Assembly: GCA_951406725.2 (NCBI GenBank)
Contig: OX597824.1
Location: forward strand, 5,642,001 to 5,706,000
Origin: Octopus vulgaris
Lineage: Eukaryota
Direction: 5' to 3'
DNA length: 64,000 bases
This document shows, piece by piece, positions 13,460 through 27,088 of the stretch. The position numbers and the translations under genes were made by a program. Every line of letters begins with the position of its first letter. Position 1 is the first letter of the stretch. Below the pieces are notes generated by a model, which was not told the origin of the DNA, ran no database searches, and worked only from the letters and a program-made list of their open reading frames with translations.

Positions 13460-14126
13460 GGTCAGCACTACTGTGCTATTGATTTCATCTGCTTTGTAAT
13501 TACAGTTCCTGCACTTTCCTCATGCTGTTCATCCTGGGTGTTATGCACAAACTCACTTGAAAATTTTTTGCTCTCCTTCATAACAGAATGTAGCTGCTTA
13601 CGTCTTTCATGGTTTTCAATGCGTTTTAGCATCCAGTCGTTAGATGCTTCAAGATATTTTGCTAGTGCAGTTGTGATGGTTTTGTAGAAGATTTCAAATT
13701 GGTTCGAGTCTCGACCTCCTTGAGCTTTGTATAGGTAAAGACAATCTTCGTCTGCGTTTGGGTGGTGCATCATTTTGCAAGTCAGCAGGTTACGGATTTT
13801 CCTGTCAATCTTCCTTATTGCGATCATATTCCAGTTCAACACATTGAAACTGTGAATAACAACCGAAACTGATAAGGAATTTATTGCTAACACCTTGTTA
13901 CGTGCATTTAACTCAGATTTTTGGACTGCTCGGACTCTCTTGTAACACTCCTTCCTAATATTTTCTTTCAGAATTGCATGTTGAATGCCAGAGCCCTCAT
14001 TTATTCCGAGGTATTTGTAAGTTTGTTTCGGCTCGAGTTCCTTTATGACTGTGTCAACATCCAACACCACTGAATGTGAGATTTACAGTTTCATTTCTGG
14101 AAAGTGGCCTTGGCACATTTATCAAG

Positions 14127-14127
<1 letters not shown>
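13460..14127 (-). mobile_element. Dong/R4-type (RLE clade) non-LTR retrotransposon fragment, RT C-terminal/thumb region
   Basis: ORF 13468-14070: YKYLGI...YKRVRAVQKSELNARNKVLAINS...LNWN...IDRKIRNLLT..MHHPNAD...LYL.KAQGGR. Its 5' end abuts a (TAA)n tract on the same strand (14128 onward). Confidence 0.85.
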
Positions 14128-14204
<77 letters not shown>

Positions 14205-14350
14205 TATTTTTATTGTTGTTGTTATTGTTATTGTTATTGTTATTGTTATTATTATTGTTATTGTTATTGTTATTGTTGTTGTTGTTGTTGTTATTATTAT
14301 TATTATTGTTGTTATTGTTGTTGTTGTTGTTGTTATTAGTAGTAGTAGTA
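14128..14350. repeat. (TTA)n/(TTG)n/(TAG)n microsatellite
   Basis: Directly visible. Confidence 0.95.
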
Positions 14351-14841
14351 GGTTCTGCTCCTGTTAATGCTAAACACTTCGGCCTACTAATAAGATCTTG
14401 CGTAAAAATTATATTTCTCGGAACATCTAAATATCCAAGAGAATTCACCAGTTGGCAAAGCAGCTGGTTACTTGTGGTTATACATCTCCCATCGTCCTTT
14501 CTTTTCCATTAAAAATACCTCTTCTATCTTCGAATTTTCAAAAATCGATAACATTCGGTATACTAGCGTGAGTTGAATAAATTCTTGAGAGATTGGTTGA
14601 GGAAATTAATCAATATAGTATATATTTCATAATTTATATAAATGTATCCCGTCTATTGAAATCATTATTAAATATGTTATCCATAAAAGAAGCAAATACG
14701 TTAGTGAATTAAATAGTCAGACGATATTTTAAATGATTAAACAAAAAGAGCTAAGAGAAAACTTCAGAGCGGTCAGTCAAATATATATGAACAAGACAGA
14801 CAGAGACAGGCATATTAGAATATCGTTCGGCATAAATTCTT

Positions 14842-15108
14842 AATGTATTAAAACCATCTCCGTCTCTAGAGGATGTGTTACAATAATGAAGGACAATTGT
14901 CTGGCCGCCTTTACTGAGGCAGAACCACACGTCAACAGCTGTTCTCTTATCTCCTGAAAACAATGTTGTCCTTTCTCGAAATGGCATATCAACTCGGGAG
15001 GAATTCTTGAGCCTTCAGATTTTATTCCCTTCTTATAAGAGGTTGATCTCAATTGCCATATTGTATTTGTGACACATCCTCTCGAAGCAGAAAATATTTT
15101 AATGAAAT
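14842..15108. mobile_element. Old MITE-like element with ~60-bp imperfect terminal inverted repeats
   Basis: ATTAAAACCATCTCCGTCTCTAGAGGATGTGTTACAATAATGAAGGACAATTG aligns to the reverse complement of CAATTGCCATATTGTATTTGTGACACATCCTCTCGAAGCAGAAAATATTTTAAT. Confidence 0.5.
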
Positions 15109-15149
15109 GAGAATTTATGTTGTATCGTAGTTGATATACCTGTAAGATA

Positions 15150-15335
15150 TACTTGGACGAAATGCTTAGCGGTATTTCGCCCGTCAGTATGTCCTGAGTT
15201 CAAATTCCACCGAGGTCGACTTTGCTTCTCAGCCGTCCGGGGTCAAATAAATATGTACCAGTTACGCACTGGGGTCGATGTAGTCGGCTGAATCATTTCC
15301 TCCAAATGTGAGGCCTTGCGCTTCCAGTAGAACGG
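15150..15335 (+). mobile_element. Family-C SINE (monomer, 5'-truncated) ending in (TTA)n
   Basis: GAAATGCTTAGCGGTATTTCG...GAGTTCAAATTCCACCGAGGTCGACTTTGC...CCAGTTACGCACTGGGGTCG. Confidence 0.8.
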
Positions 15336-15339
15336 ATCA

Positions 15340-15406
<67 letters not shown>

Positions 15407-15692
15407 CCTCTTTCTTCTTAATTTTATCCCTTACCCTTCTTCCTACATGCTCTTCACCGACACAAGCAAAAAGCATTTGAGGAATATGAAAGAGAAATTA
15501 ACTATTCCAAAACATTCATGCCTTTTTTCACGCTTTTTGGGAAAAATGAAGGACGTTTTAACACTGTCGCCTGAACGGCTGCAAGCAACAGCAAATTCGA
15601 TCTCTAATCACCCCATACCATCTTAAAAGTGGAAGGGAAATAAAAAACAAAAATAATAATAACGATTGGATTATTTGGAATAATTACGATTA

Positions 15693-16211
15693 CCGTAAAT
15701 CCTCGAGTATAACCCGCATTTTCCCCCAAAATTTAAAGGTCAAAATTCATAGTGCGTACTATATACGAGGTTAAAAATGAAAATTATTTTCAAAGCAATG
15801 TTCGAGTCTCTATTTGCTCTCCGGCAATGTTTATTCAGGCGCATTTTGTGATGTCGGGCGCGAAAATACCATAAGCTAAGCCTGAAAGCAATGAAGTCGT
15901 AAAAGAATCATCCATAACTTGCAGTAAGCAACATTTATTAAACGTTATTACGGTTATTACTGTTATTTCTTTATTTTCTGCAAACAAAATGCACAAAAAA
16001 CTACACGTTTGCATTATGTTATATATACAATAATAATAAAGGACGTTACCGTATACATTTTTACAAACCAAGGACATTATATAGACCTCCTTGACTTAAG
16101 TTAGAGAAGGGGTGCGTATTATACATAAGGTTTAGGTTTTTCAGAGGTACAGACCCCTAAAAATCCCCTGCGTATTATACTCAAGGGCGGACTATACTCG
16201 AAGATTTACGG
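15693..16211. mobile_element. Tc1/mariner-superfamily (pogo/Tc2-like) MITE, ~519 bp
   Basis: TIRs CCGTAAATCCTCGAGTATAACCCGC and GCGGACTATACTCGAAGATTTACGG, TA on both sides, and subterminal TGCGTA(T/C)TATA repeats. Confidence 0.85.
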
Positions 16212-16853
16212 TATATATATTTATTCATGGCTCTTTTCCGGCATGGGTTAGTTCGATGATGCAGTTCTTCGATCGTGACTCGGTTCGATCATGTATCGGT
16301 CAGAGCAGGAACCAAGACCAGCAAAAGCAGATGCAGCAAAAACAGCAACAACAACAATAACAACATCAACGAAGCAGTCTAAACTGGAATGATACCGAAT
16401 GTAAATGCATCAACTTAACGAAATTATAACAATTAGAAAAAATTTCTTGAATTTTTTTTGAAAAATTTGTTGAAAATTGGTGACAAGTAATAAAACGTGA
16501 TAATAATTAAAATACAATAGATGAGAAATTATGAGAGGGGTAACCGTATGAATGAGAACTAATTAAAGCAGATAATAAGATTAATTGTTCATTACACTCG
16601 AATGAAAGATACATTATTTAGTGAGGACTGTGTGCAAATGAAAGTGGTGGGTAAAAAAGTGTGTGTGTGTGTGTGTGTGTATGTGCATATGTGTGTGAAT
16701 ACGTACGTAAAACCATTAAGAAAGCAACTGTGATACTTTCCTTGTAACCTATGTGGTTTCAAATTCGACGTAAGAGAACTCTTTTCTGAATCTGTGAAGT
16801 CGTTTTCGACATACTATTATTATATATATGTATATATATATATGCACCAACGT

Positions 16854-16888
<35 letters not shown>

Positions 16889-16936
16889 CACATAATACAT
16901 ATACATACATACATGCATACATATACATACATACGT

Positions 16937-16967
<31 letters not shown>

Positions 16968-17165
16968 ATTTTAATTTGGAATTTTATATTTTATATTTTT
17001 TCAATTAATTTTTTTCTATGTATTGGCTTATGATTTTCACTGTTTGATTTGCCTAATAGTGGTTTTATCTCTAATTTAATATAATATATATTTATACAAT
17101 AAAATTAGATTTAATCCTAAATCTAATTTTTCGCTGTAAGTTTGGATTTACTCCCTAATATTATT

Positions 17166-17223
<58 letters not shown>

Positions 17224-17235
17224 ATAAATCATGTG

Positions 17236-17306
<71 letters not shown>

Positions 17307-17797
17307 TTGTGTACTTTAAGGCAGAGAGGATCTAAATTATTCTGGCCATTAAATTCGTAGCACTCCAAAGTATATCAGACTATCAAGGTATTAGAGTACT
17401 TACATAGTAGAGTACTTACATAATAACGTTCAATGTCGCTGGCAGAGGTATGTTAAACCGTTCTATAATGATATTAAGTAACCTGTAATCCACTGAAGTA
17501 GCAATAAGACGCTGCATTCAATACCTGGTGTAGAATATAGTGAAAACACAAGAATAGCTAAGTGAAACTGTTGCGACAAGTGTTTATATATCGTAGTTAT
17601 TTATTAAATAAAGCTTAATATTGGATCATATTACATAACTGACACTGTTGATTTTGATAATATAAAGCTCAATTGTACCTGATAACATTGTGGGGTTATG
17701 TAATAATGTAATGTTACGTAACACCACATATAATATTGAGTGAAGGATTGCTCTATGGAAACACGTGTGAGCATCTTGTTGGATTTCTTCTATCCAT

Positions 17798-18645
17798 GAG
17801 GTTTTTCAAATTTTCTTGAGATCATTTCCCCAAAATTTACTTCTGACGTAGTTGTGCTTGCAGATGATGAAAATCGCATCAATTGTCCTAGAAATTGAGA
17901 ATAAGGAAGTTACAATCATTTAAGGTTATAAATTTTACCGGATTGAAGGCATTTGTTGTTGATTTTATCGTTTATGCTTGATCTACATCGCCATGGAGAT
18001 TCACACATATGAGATCTTTACGTGTCTCTCGACCTGCTAGAAATAACAGACAAATCTTCCTTAAACTACACCAAGACGTCTAAAAAGCGGAAATATTGCG
18101 CCACAGCACTATTGATTGTCTCGTTTGAGGCAGAGCCATATGCTGTCCACCTGTTGAGTGTTAGTAATAGCATTTAAATTGAAGTCAACCTCCACGGATG
18201 GAATCTTTTACCGAAATCACGAGCCTCGAAGCTCTCCCTCGACACAACAGATCCATTATTGTATGTACTTACTATTTTCCTATGATAAAATTGTAACAAA
18301 GTTTGGTGGTACAGAAAGAATTGGTTGCCACTGTTTTCTTATCTTCACCTTATTTGTATATTGGGCGTTATGGTGTAGCGTAAGGAGGATTTTGCTGTGT
18401 TATGAAGCAAGTCGAGAGATCACGTTGCGGCTTCGTGTGCGCTGCTCTCCACGGTAATGTAGGTAAGAATAAACGATGATATCAACAACAGACGCTTTCG
18501 ATTGGCTAAAATTACGTAATTTTATATGCTTGTAATTTCGTTCTTACTAATTTCTGGAAAAAAATAAATGCGATTTTCATCGTCAGCAAAAATATATCCG
18601 TGCTACACATTTTGAAAATGATGTTATGAAAATCTGAAAAACTTC
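17798..18645. mobile_element. Old MITE or fold-back element with ~140-bp degenerate inverted arms
   Basis: TTTTCAAATTTTC...GATGATGAAAATCGCAT...AGAAATT...TTACAATCAT aligns to the reverse complement of ~18505-18645 (ATGCTTGTAA...AATTTCT...ATGCGATTTTCATCGTC...GAAAATCTGAAAAA). Confidence 0.5.
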
Positions 18646-20206
18646 AAATAATATTATATATATATATATACACACACATATATATATATATACATAAATA
18701 CATACATACATACATACACGCACACACAAGCATATTGAAAATAACAATAATGAAAATAGAATGCTTAGATAATCTTATGGTAAAAGAAAAGAAAATATGT
18801 AATGGTTTTTGCCGTTTAAAACGACCTCTTGTCGCTGAAGTAAAATTGACAGGAAAATTGATATATATTGAATTCAGACTTTCATAATATCATTTCTCGG
18901 AGTTAATATATTTGTACGAAACGGAAATCAGAATCTGATGCGATTTTTGATAAATTTAATTTTATTCTTTTCGTACAAAAGCAAAAGCAAAAAAAAAAAA
19001 AAGACAGACAGACAAAAAATATTGTTGCTATTACGAATGATAAAATGTCGAAAGAGTTTGAACGTTATTGTTCTTGGAGTAATTTTAACAGTCGAAAAGT
19101 GATCTGCTCTTTATTGTGTTGCTGTCAACGATCGTTCATTGTTGTCTGCAGTGGTCCACGTCGGTTTACCATCCGTCTGCCGTCTCACCTCTGGTGTCTC
19201 TCAATGCTCTCTCTGCTGTATCCCGAAGCTCTCAGTCAAGTAGCCAAGGTATGACCAATTTATACTGAGGGATAGGCTCAGAAGGAAGCGCACCAAAAGA
19301 GGAAATCTTCGCTGAAGCCTATTCCACGCAAAATCGGGATTGGTCAGATTTTGTCGATCACGTAGGTAATATTCCAGTGAATCGCATGCAATGATGTAAT
19401 TGCTAAACATTCCTGCTATATATTTTTCCTAGAAAGCTTACGTGGCGCCGTGTTTCGTGTTTTTCTGATTGTTGCTAGTTGATAGTGATGGAAGTTAATA
19501 ACAATGGTAGCAGGTAGATCTATTTGTGGTGGAAGGAGGAACTAAAGTATAATTGCTGGTTGTTCTCTCCCATGCTTGATGAGTGTGGTAGCTGGTAAGT
19601 CTGTTGGTGTTAAGATGAGGGACCGTAGTAGTAGCAGTAAGAGTTAGCGATCCCTGTAGCTTGTAGTAATCTTTAATCTATCTCGTAGTGGTGTTGGTTA
19701 AATGCAGTTTTTCATTTATAAGATTGTAGGGGGGTCCCATTAAGGAATGCTGTATTGTTGTGTTTCTTCCTCCGAGGTAGGAACTTACACGTGGTTGGTA
19801 TTTGATAAAACACATTTCTTTGTTAATGCGTTGGGAGGGAAATTTGTCTATCGCAGCGCAAAGTTATTACTCTCATTCTTGTCCAGGTGAAACACAAATG
19901 ACACGCATATTAACACCAACACCACTACCAACACACCTAAACCATAACAACTGCTACCAGGTAGTAATGTATTGAGGTGCATTGATGCACCAATGCACTT
20001 GAAAATTGATCCCAAGACTTCATGATTATGAGATGAGTGAAAAAAAATGTTTTGTCCTCGGTTGAAATGCGTGTAACCAGAGGTAAGTTACTGCAGAATT
20101 CAGTTGAAACTAAACATTATTGGCACTTTCGTTAACGAATAAGACGTTACGGTGTGTGAACGTTGAGCGTCTCTACATGCATAGATACACACACACGCAC
20201 ACACAC

Positions 20207-20298
<92 letters not shown>

Positions 20299-20622
20299 GC
20301 ACAAACACACAAAATGTCTTGTTTGTATTGATACTTATAAATGCACGACTGCAATCGTTATGCTTAATGGTCCACGCAGATTATATTCCATTTTGCTTCC
20401 ACTACGGTGGTTCCATAACTACTGTGCTCTGTAGTGTTCCTAATTATCAAAGATAGAGCAAATGTTGGAAATTTTGATTACATAATACAACTATACAACT
20501 AGTACTGATAATAACATTATAATAATAGTACGATATAATAATTATATAAACTTTCATTTGACTTAATTTCTAATGCATAGCTATAACTATCAATATATAT
20601 ATTTATATATATATGTATGTAT

Positions 20623-20707
<85 letters not shown>

Positions 20708-21348
20708 CATACTGCATACATGGGTAAAGGACGTCACCAACGGTGGAAATAACATGAAATACGTAAAGAAAGAAAAAATGGAAAACAGGATAAGTTAACG
20801 CAGAGAAAGTACCCTTCATCAGTTGTCGGCTGTCTATATACTCTGCATTTCGAAAATTCAACGACAATATATGTCTTCAAGGACAGTAGCTCCCACAAAT
20901 TCTAAAATAAAATTTAGTGTCTATGGAGGGTCAAAATTAGGAACAAAAAAGTGACAGTGGAAGACAAACAGACAGATAAATAGATACATACACACACACA
21001 TATATATATATGTATATACATATATGTATATATATATATATATATATATACATACATACATACATACATACGTACATACATACATACATACATACGTACA
21101 TGCATATATTCTTACACCTGTCGTATATAGCTGAATTGTTGTGAATATCATAAGCAGTCAATTTTGACGAGCCGGAAGTCTTATGTTTGGTACGGTATCT
21201 ATATCTGTCAAAGATAGCATCGACATGTCCGTTGGCATGAAAGCCTACCATTTTAGAAACTAAAGGCATTCCATCAACATGCGAGAAGGGAAAGACAAAG
21301 ATCCCTCAAATCACTGCTGGGTTATAACTGGTCAGAAAGCAAAATATC

Positions 21349-21535
<187 letters not shown>

Positions 21536-21617
21536 TCTGGTTGCTGTTGTGATGGTGTTGGTGTGTTGGTAGTGATGTCGGTCGTAATTTGTGTATCATC
21601 TCCACCGTTACTAAATA

Positions 21618-21927
21618 CAACCAATAAAACCAGAAACAGAATGGTCTTTTATACAAGTTAAGACCGCATCAAATTTTTGGATGCTGTAGGTAGAATAGTT
21701 TACTGCCAAAGCCATGGCATTGATTATCCATAAATATCACAACAAGTGAAATCTAATTATGTATTATATCATATTATACCATATTCCATTCCACAATAAT
21801 CCGCATTTTATGTTATTCAACAAAACCAGACCACTTCATATCGTATTACTCTTAGTTACTTAACAGAATTTTATACGCTATCAAATATCAATCGAATTGA
21901 AAGCCGTATCATACGATAATCCTCAAT
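21618..21927 (+). repeat. Left arm of a ~310-bp inverted duplication (partner 26780-27088)
   Basis: CAACCAATAAAACC...CGATAATCCTCAAT is the reverse complement of 26780-27088, with only scattered differences. Confidence 0.92.
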
Positions 21928-22494
21928 ATCACTCCACATTCTATTACACCAACACAGCATCTTAAATCAGCCGTTAGTTCTCTCTCTTTCAATCTACATC
22001 TTGTTATATTATCGTATAATATTAAATAACTACCGCACTCTTATCGTCAAAAATATGACAGTTTTATTAATTATAGAGATGGCATATTCGTATAAAACGA
22101 CAAGTGAAACTATTGATTAATTTCTTGCGTAAAGACTTCGCATTTCATATTTAGCAGTTAAAATGCTACACTTTGATCTTAGTCCAAACGGCCGAAACCA
22201 ATAATTCGTAAATGTGATACCGCATGCCTCCCGATGAGAACGATGGGCTGCAACGATATTAGTATATGGACACTTTAGTCGGCAAAATGAGTCTGTACTT
22301 GTTTATTTGTTTTCTACTTATAACATTTTTTTCTGGTTCGATGATTTAACGATGGCTGCAAAAATTTAATTAAAATTATGACATTATATAGCAAAAAAGA
22401 AACCAAAAGAAAAAAAACTAAACGTCATTATTTACAAAACATTGAAAGATTTACATTTGACTTCCGATATTCTTGTGTCCCATTATGATAATAT

Positions 22495-22842
22495 TGAATT
22501 CAAATTTGGGCACAAGGCCAGCAATTTCGCGGGAGGGCTTAACTTAATTGCATCGACCCCAGTACAGAACTGGTACTTATATTATCAACCCCGAAACGAT
22601 GAAAGACAAAATCAACCTCAGCGGAATATGAACTCGGAACCTGAAGACGGACGAAATACCTATTTCTTTACTACCCACAAGGGGCTAAACACAGAGAGGA
22701 CAAACAAGGACAGACAAACGGATTAAGTCGATTATATCAACCCCAGTTTGTACCTGGTACTTAATTTATCGACCTCGGCGGAATTTGAACTCAGGACGTA
22801 GCGGCAGACGAAATACCCCAGGCATTTCGCCCAACATGCTAA
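22495..22842 (-). mobile_element. Family-C SINE, dimeric and partly deleted
   Basis: Same unit junction (GACGAAATACCTATTTCTTTAC) and body as 10297-10882. Confidence 0.8.
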
Positions 22843-24045
22843 GTCCTACCATTATAAGTTTGATATAAAAAAACTAGAAGCTCGATAAAGATTTCCCTGC
22901 TTTCCATTGTTATTCATAATTATAAGAGTATTCATATTTCTGGTCCTACGTAACTCAAAATTAATCTCTTACTTCAACCTTCTCTCATTTTAGTCTCTTC
23001 CATCCTTCTTCAACCGTTTGCCAGTTAGAACAAGATGGTAAATACTTCATCCTTTGTATCCCTTTTCATTTCACTTTTATTGTCACTCACTCTCTATCTG
23101 TCCTTTTCCTCTCCCTTATTCCCACATTACTAATCACGCCGGCAAATAACTACACAGAGCTAATTATCTCGTGTCTATTATATCAAACTCTATAATTTTG
23201 CTTTATCACTTGGCCATATCTTATGGCTTAATTACGTCTTCCATAACGTAAATAATTTTCTACAATATATGTTTTTATATCGGCCAAATTTGGTAACGAG
23301 CAGAAATAGATTTCTAAAACTCACTGATCTATGAATCTCATTTTTAAATAACCAAAAGTTTTACTCATATCTTTACATTCTCTTGGCCATCTACTATATC
23401 GAATTCAATTATACTCAACTAGTATGTGTTTAATCACCCAGACATAACTATTATTCATTCAGAATCCATGTAACATGCAAAGGAACCAATCGATGCACAA
23501 GTATATAATATGATGTAAGATCGATAATAACGAGCAACGCAGGTGGTGATTAAAATTGTTGTGGCTGGAATCTCCTCAACGGAAAGATGCTGCAAGTATG
23601 CGTTGCATAACTTTATTACAGAAACTTTAATGATAGCTTGGTCAATTGAAATCCCATAAAAATTATGGCTCTAGGAAACGTGAATATTTAGAATGTATTG
23701 ATAATTGTAGATATATCCCAAGATGTGTGAGCTTTAATCATTATTCTTATTACATATACGCTCTAATTGTTTCTCAAAATTCTGTTTAATCTTATGGCCA
23801 AAATTGTTCGCTATATATTATACAGTCATAATAATATATTATGTGTAGTTTATTAATCAAGTTACGGATATACAGTCACACACACACACACACACATGCT
23901 CACACATACACACTTATTCACACACACTCACACATAGGCATGCACACACACATAACATAGATAAAGGAGAACCATATACAACGAAAAGACGCAAATCACT
24001 AGCACTCTTGAAAATCCGCCCAGTTAGCAAAAGCAGCTTTTATTG

Positions 24046-24205
24046 GCGCAGGCTTAGGCGTGCAGTGAGAAGTTTGTTTCCGAAACACATGATTCCGGGT
24101 TCAGTCCCAACGTGAGGTACCTTGGGCAAGTGTCTTCAACTATAGTGTGGGGATAACCAAAGCCTTGAGAGTGGTTTTGATAGAGGAAAACTCAAAGACT
24201 GTCGA

Positions 24206-24210
<5 letters not shown>
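24046..24210 (+). mobile_element. Family-B SINE 5' half (older)
   Basis: GGCGCAGG...CCGGGTTCAGTCCC...CCTTGGGCAAGTGTCTTC, running into (TG)n. Confidence 0.75.
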
Positions 24211-24258
<48 letters not shown>

Positions 24259-24266
24259 AGTGTACA

Positions 24267-24298
<32 letters not shown>

Positions 24299-24423
24299 TG
24301 TATGTTTTAGTGATGAGAATTCATTGGAATCTAGGCACGTCAACATGTAAGACGCTGCCAGAAATGACTCGCTATGATACCATAGAGCTCAAAGTGAAGT
24401 TATACACACACACGCACACACAC

Positions 24424-24503
<80 letters not shown>

Positions 24504-24518
24504 TGGGAGAGAGAGAGA

Positions 24519-24567
<49 letters not shown>

Positions 24568-24759
24568 CGTGACCATCGTGACCGACCAGGCTATCAGATG
24601 TTGCTAGACATCGCTGGTCACAATGTGCTTCGCATTGTTTTAGCCTTCAACTGACGCCACCCCGCTGGCTAAGCGAGCAGGCCAATATATATATATATAC
24701 ATGCATAATACACGTATATACATATACACATCTCTAGTAACATGCGTGTGTTTCTGTAT

Positions 24760-24970
24760 GTGTGTGCGTGCGTTCCTGCGTTTGTCCCTCACCGTCTCTT
24801 GGCGAGCGGTTCCAGTGCGTTTGAGTCACCGTGACTTACGTCTCCGCAAAGGATTACAAGAGAATAAGTACCCCGCTTAAAACGTGTGCTGGGGGTTGAT
24901 TTGCTCGACTAAAATTCTTGAAGGCAGTGCTCCAGCGTAGCTGCAGTCTAATTACTGAGCTAAGAGATAA
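24760..24970 (+). mobile_element. Old family-B SINE 3' half
   Basis: GAGAATAAGTACC...GATTTGCTCGACTAAAA...GGCAGTGCTCCAGC. Confidence 0.55.
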
Positions 24971-25263
24971 ACATGTTCATATCGCATAACAGTTAGCATT
25001 GTAATACGTTTCGCAGCACCAACTCTCTGCTGAGACATTTGCGTATCCTCGGATTAAACATCTTATGTGAACTAGGACTGCACTGCTAATGAACTACATT
25101 GCACTTGCTAAATATTTTTTTCCGTGAGGGGACAATGAAGTTATATTTCACTACCATTCTGCTCGTGATATCAACAAATGTCGAATGAGTGTTGTTGAAC
25201 TGTTAACTGTTTTCCGCTTAACAGCAGATGACGCGCCAGTTTATAAATAATCCACGGTTTCTA

Positions 25264-25603
25264 TACTCTTTACTCTTTACTCTTTTATTTGTTTCAGTCA
25301 TTTGACTGCGGCCATGCTGGAGCACCGCCTTTAGTCGAGCAAACCGGCTCCGGGACTTACTCTTTGTAAGCCCAGTACTTATTGTATCGGTCTCTTTTGC
25401 CGAACCGCTAGGTGACGGGGACGTAAACACACCAGCATCGGTTGTCAAGCAATGCTAAGGGGACAAACACAGACACACAAACACACACACACATCCATAT
25501 ATATATATATATATACATATATACGACAGGCTTCTTTCAGTTTCCGTCTACCAAGTCCACTCACAAGGCATTGATCGGCCCGGGGCTATAGCAGAAGACA
25601 CTT
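25264..25603 (-). mobile_element. Family-B SINE, 5'-truncated
   Basis: High-identity reverse-complement match to 41194-41630. Confidence 0.9.
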
Positions 25604-25786
25604 GTATATATATTATTAATCTAATCTTTCTGCTAATTTCATCCCCATGGACATGGAATTATTGCACCGACTACCGAATGAATCGTTGTGCACGCCTCGT
25701 GATGAATCTCGCTTAGATGAACTTTGATTGCGTTACTGAGGCACATTAGCGTCTGCTTATATTATAGTTAAAGGGATGAATTTAAG

Positions 25787-25966
25787 GGGCTAAACACAGA
25801 GAGGACAAACAAGGACAATGAAACGGATTAAGTCGATCATATCGACCCCAGTGCGTAAACTAAGTACCAGTTACGCACTGGGGTTGATATAATCGACTTA
25901 AACCGTTTGTTTGTCCTTGTTTGTCCTCTCTGTGTTTAGCCCCTTGTGGGTAGTAAAGAAATAGGT
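25787..25966 (+). mobile_element. Family-C SINE insertion with an inverted 5' part (self-palindromic) and 11-bp TSD
   Basis: 25784-25858 is the reverse complement of 25871-25945; flanked by ATGAATTTAAG at 25776-25786 and 25967-25977. Confidence 0.8.
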
Positions 25967-25996
25967 ATGAATTTAAGCGTTCAAACAAATTACATA

Positions 25997-26415
25997 GATA
26001 TTTCTTTACTGCCCACAAGGGGCTAAACATAAAGGGGACAAACAAGGACAGACAAAGGGATTAAGTTGATTACATCAACCCCAGTGCGTAACTGGTACTT
26101 AATTTATCGACCCCGAAAGGATGAAAGGCAAAGTCGACCTCGGCGGAATTTGAACTCAGAACGTAACGACAGACGAAATACCTATTTCTTTACTACCCAC
26201 AAGGGGCTAAACACAGAGAGGACAAACAAGGACTGACAAAGGGATTAAGTTGATTACATCAACCCCAGTGCGTAACTGATACTTAATTTATCGACCCCGA
26301 AAGGATGAAAGGCAAAGTCGACCTCGGCGGAATTTGAACTCAGAACGTAACGACAGACGAAATACCGCTCAGCATTTCGCCCAGCGCTCTAACGCTTCTG
26401 CCAGCTCGCCGCCTG
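25997..26415 (-). mobile_element. Family-C SINE, full head plus two tandem units, with a 16-bp TSD
   Basis: TCAAACAAATTACATA at 25981-25996 and 26416-26431; two near-identical ~183-bp units. Confidence 0.92.
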
Positions 26416-26779
26416 TCAAACAAATTACATATAACTAAAGCAAAGTACTCATAAGGAGTTTTGCATATCTTTGTAAAATAGTTTTTTCGTGGTGATAATT
26501 TCGTTCCGCTCACGATTTCATTTTCAGCGGTTTGCACACCAACTATTTGTGAAGTCAAGAGCTGCGGTTTGTTCTGTGATTAAAGAGTGAGGTTAAATCT
26601 TACAGAAAGTAACGAAGTGAGCGTGAACATTCATCCAATGGTCTAGATACGTGTGACAAGTATTTCACACTTTATGTAGACATTTGAGGACAATTATTTC
26701 CGTTTTCTTTTTCTTTTAATTCTAAGTATTAAAATCGTGACGTCGACAGTCTCAGAGATACAACATTTCTCTTAGACAA

Positions 26780-27088
26780 ATTGAGGATTATCGTATGATA
26801 CGACATTCAATTCGATTGATATTTGATAGCGTATAAAATTCTGTTAAGTAACTAAGAATAATACGATATGAAGTGGTGTGGTTTTGTTGATAACATAAAA
26901 TGCAGATTATTGTGGAATGGAATATGGTATAATATGATATAATACATAATCAGATTTCACTTGTTGTGATATTTATGGATAATCAATGCCATGGCTTTGG
27001 CAGTAAACTATTCTACCTACAGCATCCAAAAATTTGATGCGGACTTAAATTGTATAAAAGACTATTCTGTTTGTGGTTTTATTGGTTG
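26780..27088 (-). repeat. Right arm of a ~310-bp inverted duplication (partner 21618-21927)
   Basis: Reverse complement of 21618-21927. Confidence 0.92.

Noticed and set aside
19040-19900. Complex sequence that may be a very old LINE on the minus strand
   Set aside because: No diagnostic amino-acid motif could be recovered by eye.
20805-20890. CTGATGA on the minus strand as a hammerhead core
   Set aside because: No correctly placed helix II plus GAAA or closing helices could be built.
22640-22660. CTGAAGA-CGGAC-GAAA hammerhead-like string
   Set aside because: A chance variant within a family-C SINE; other copies lack it and no helices form.
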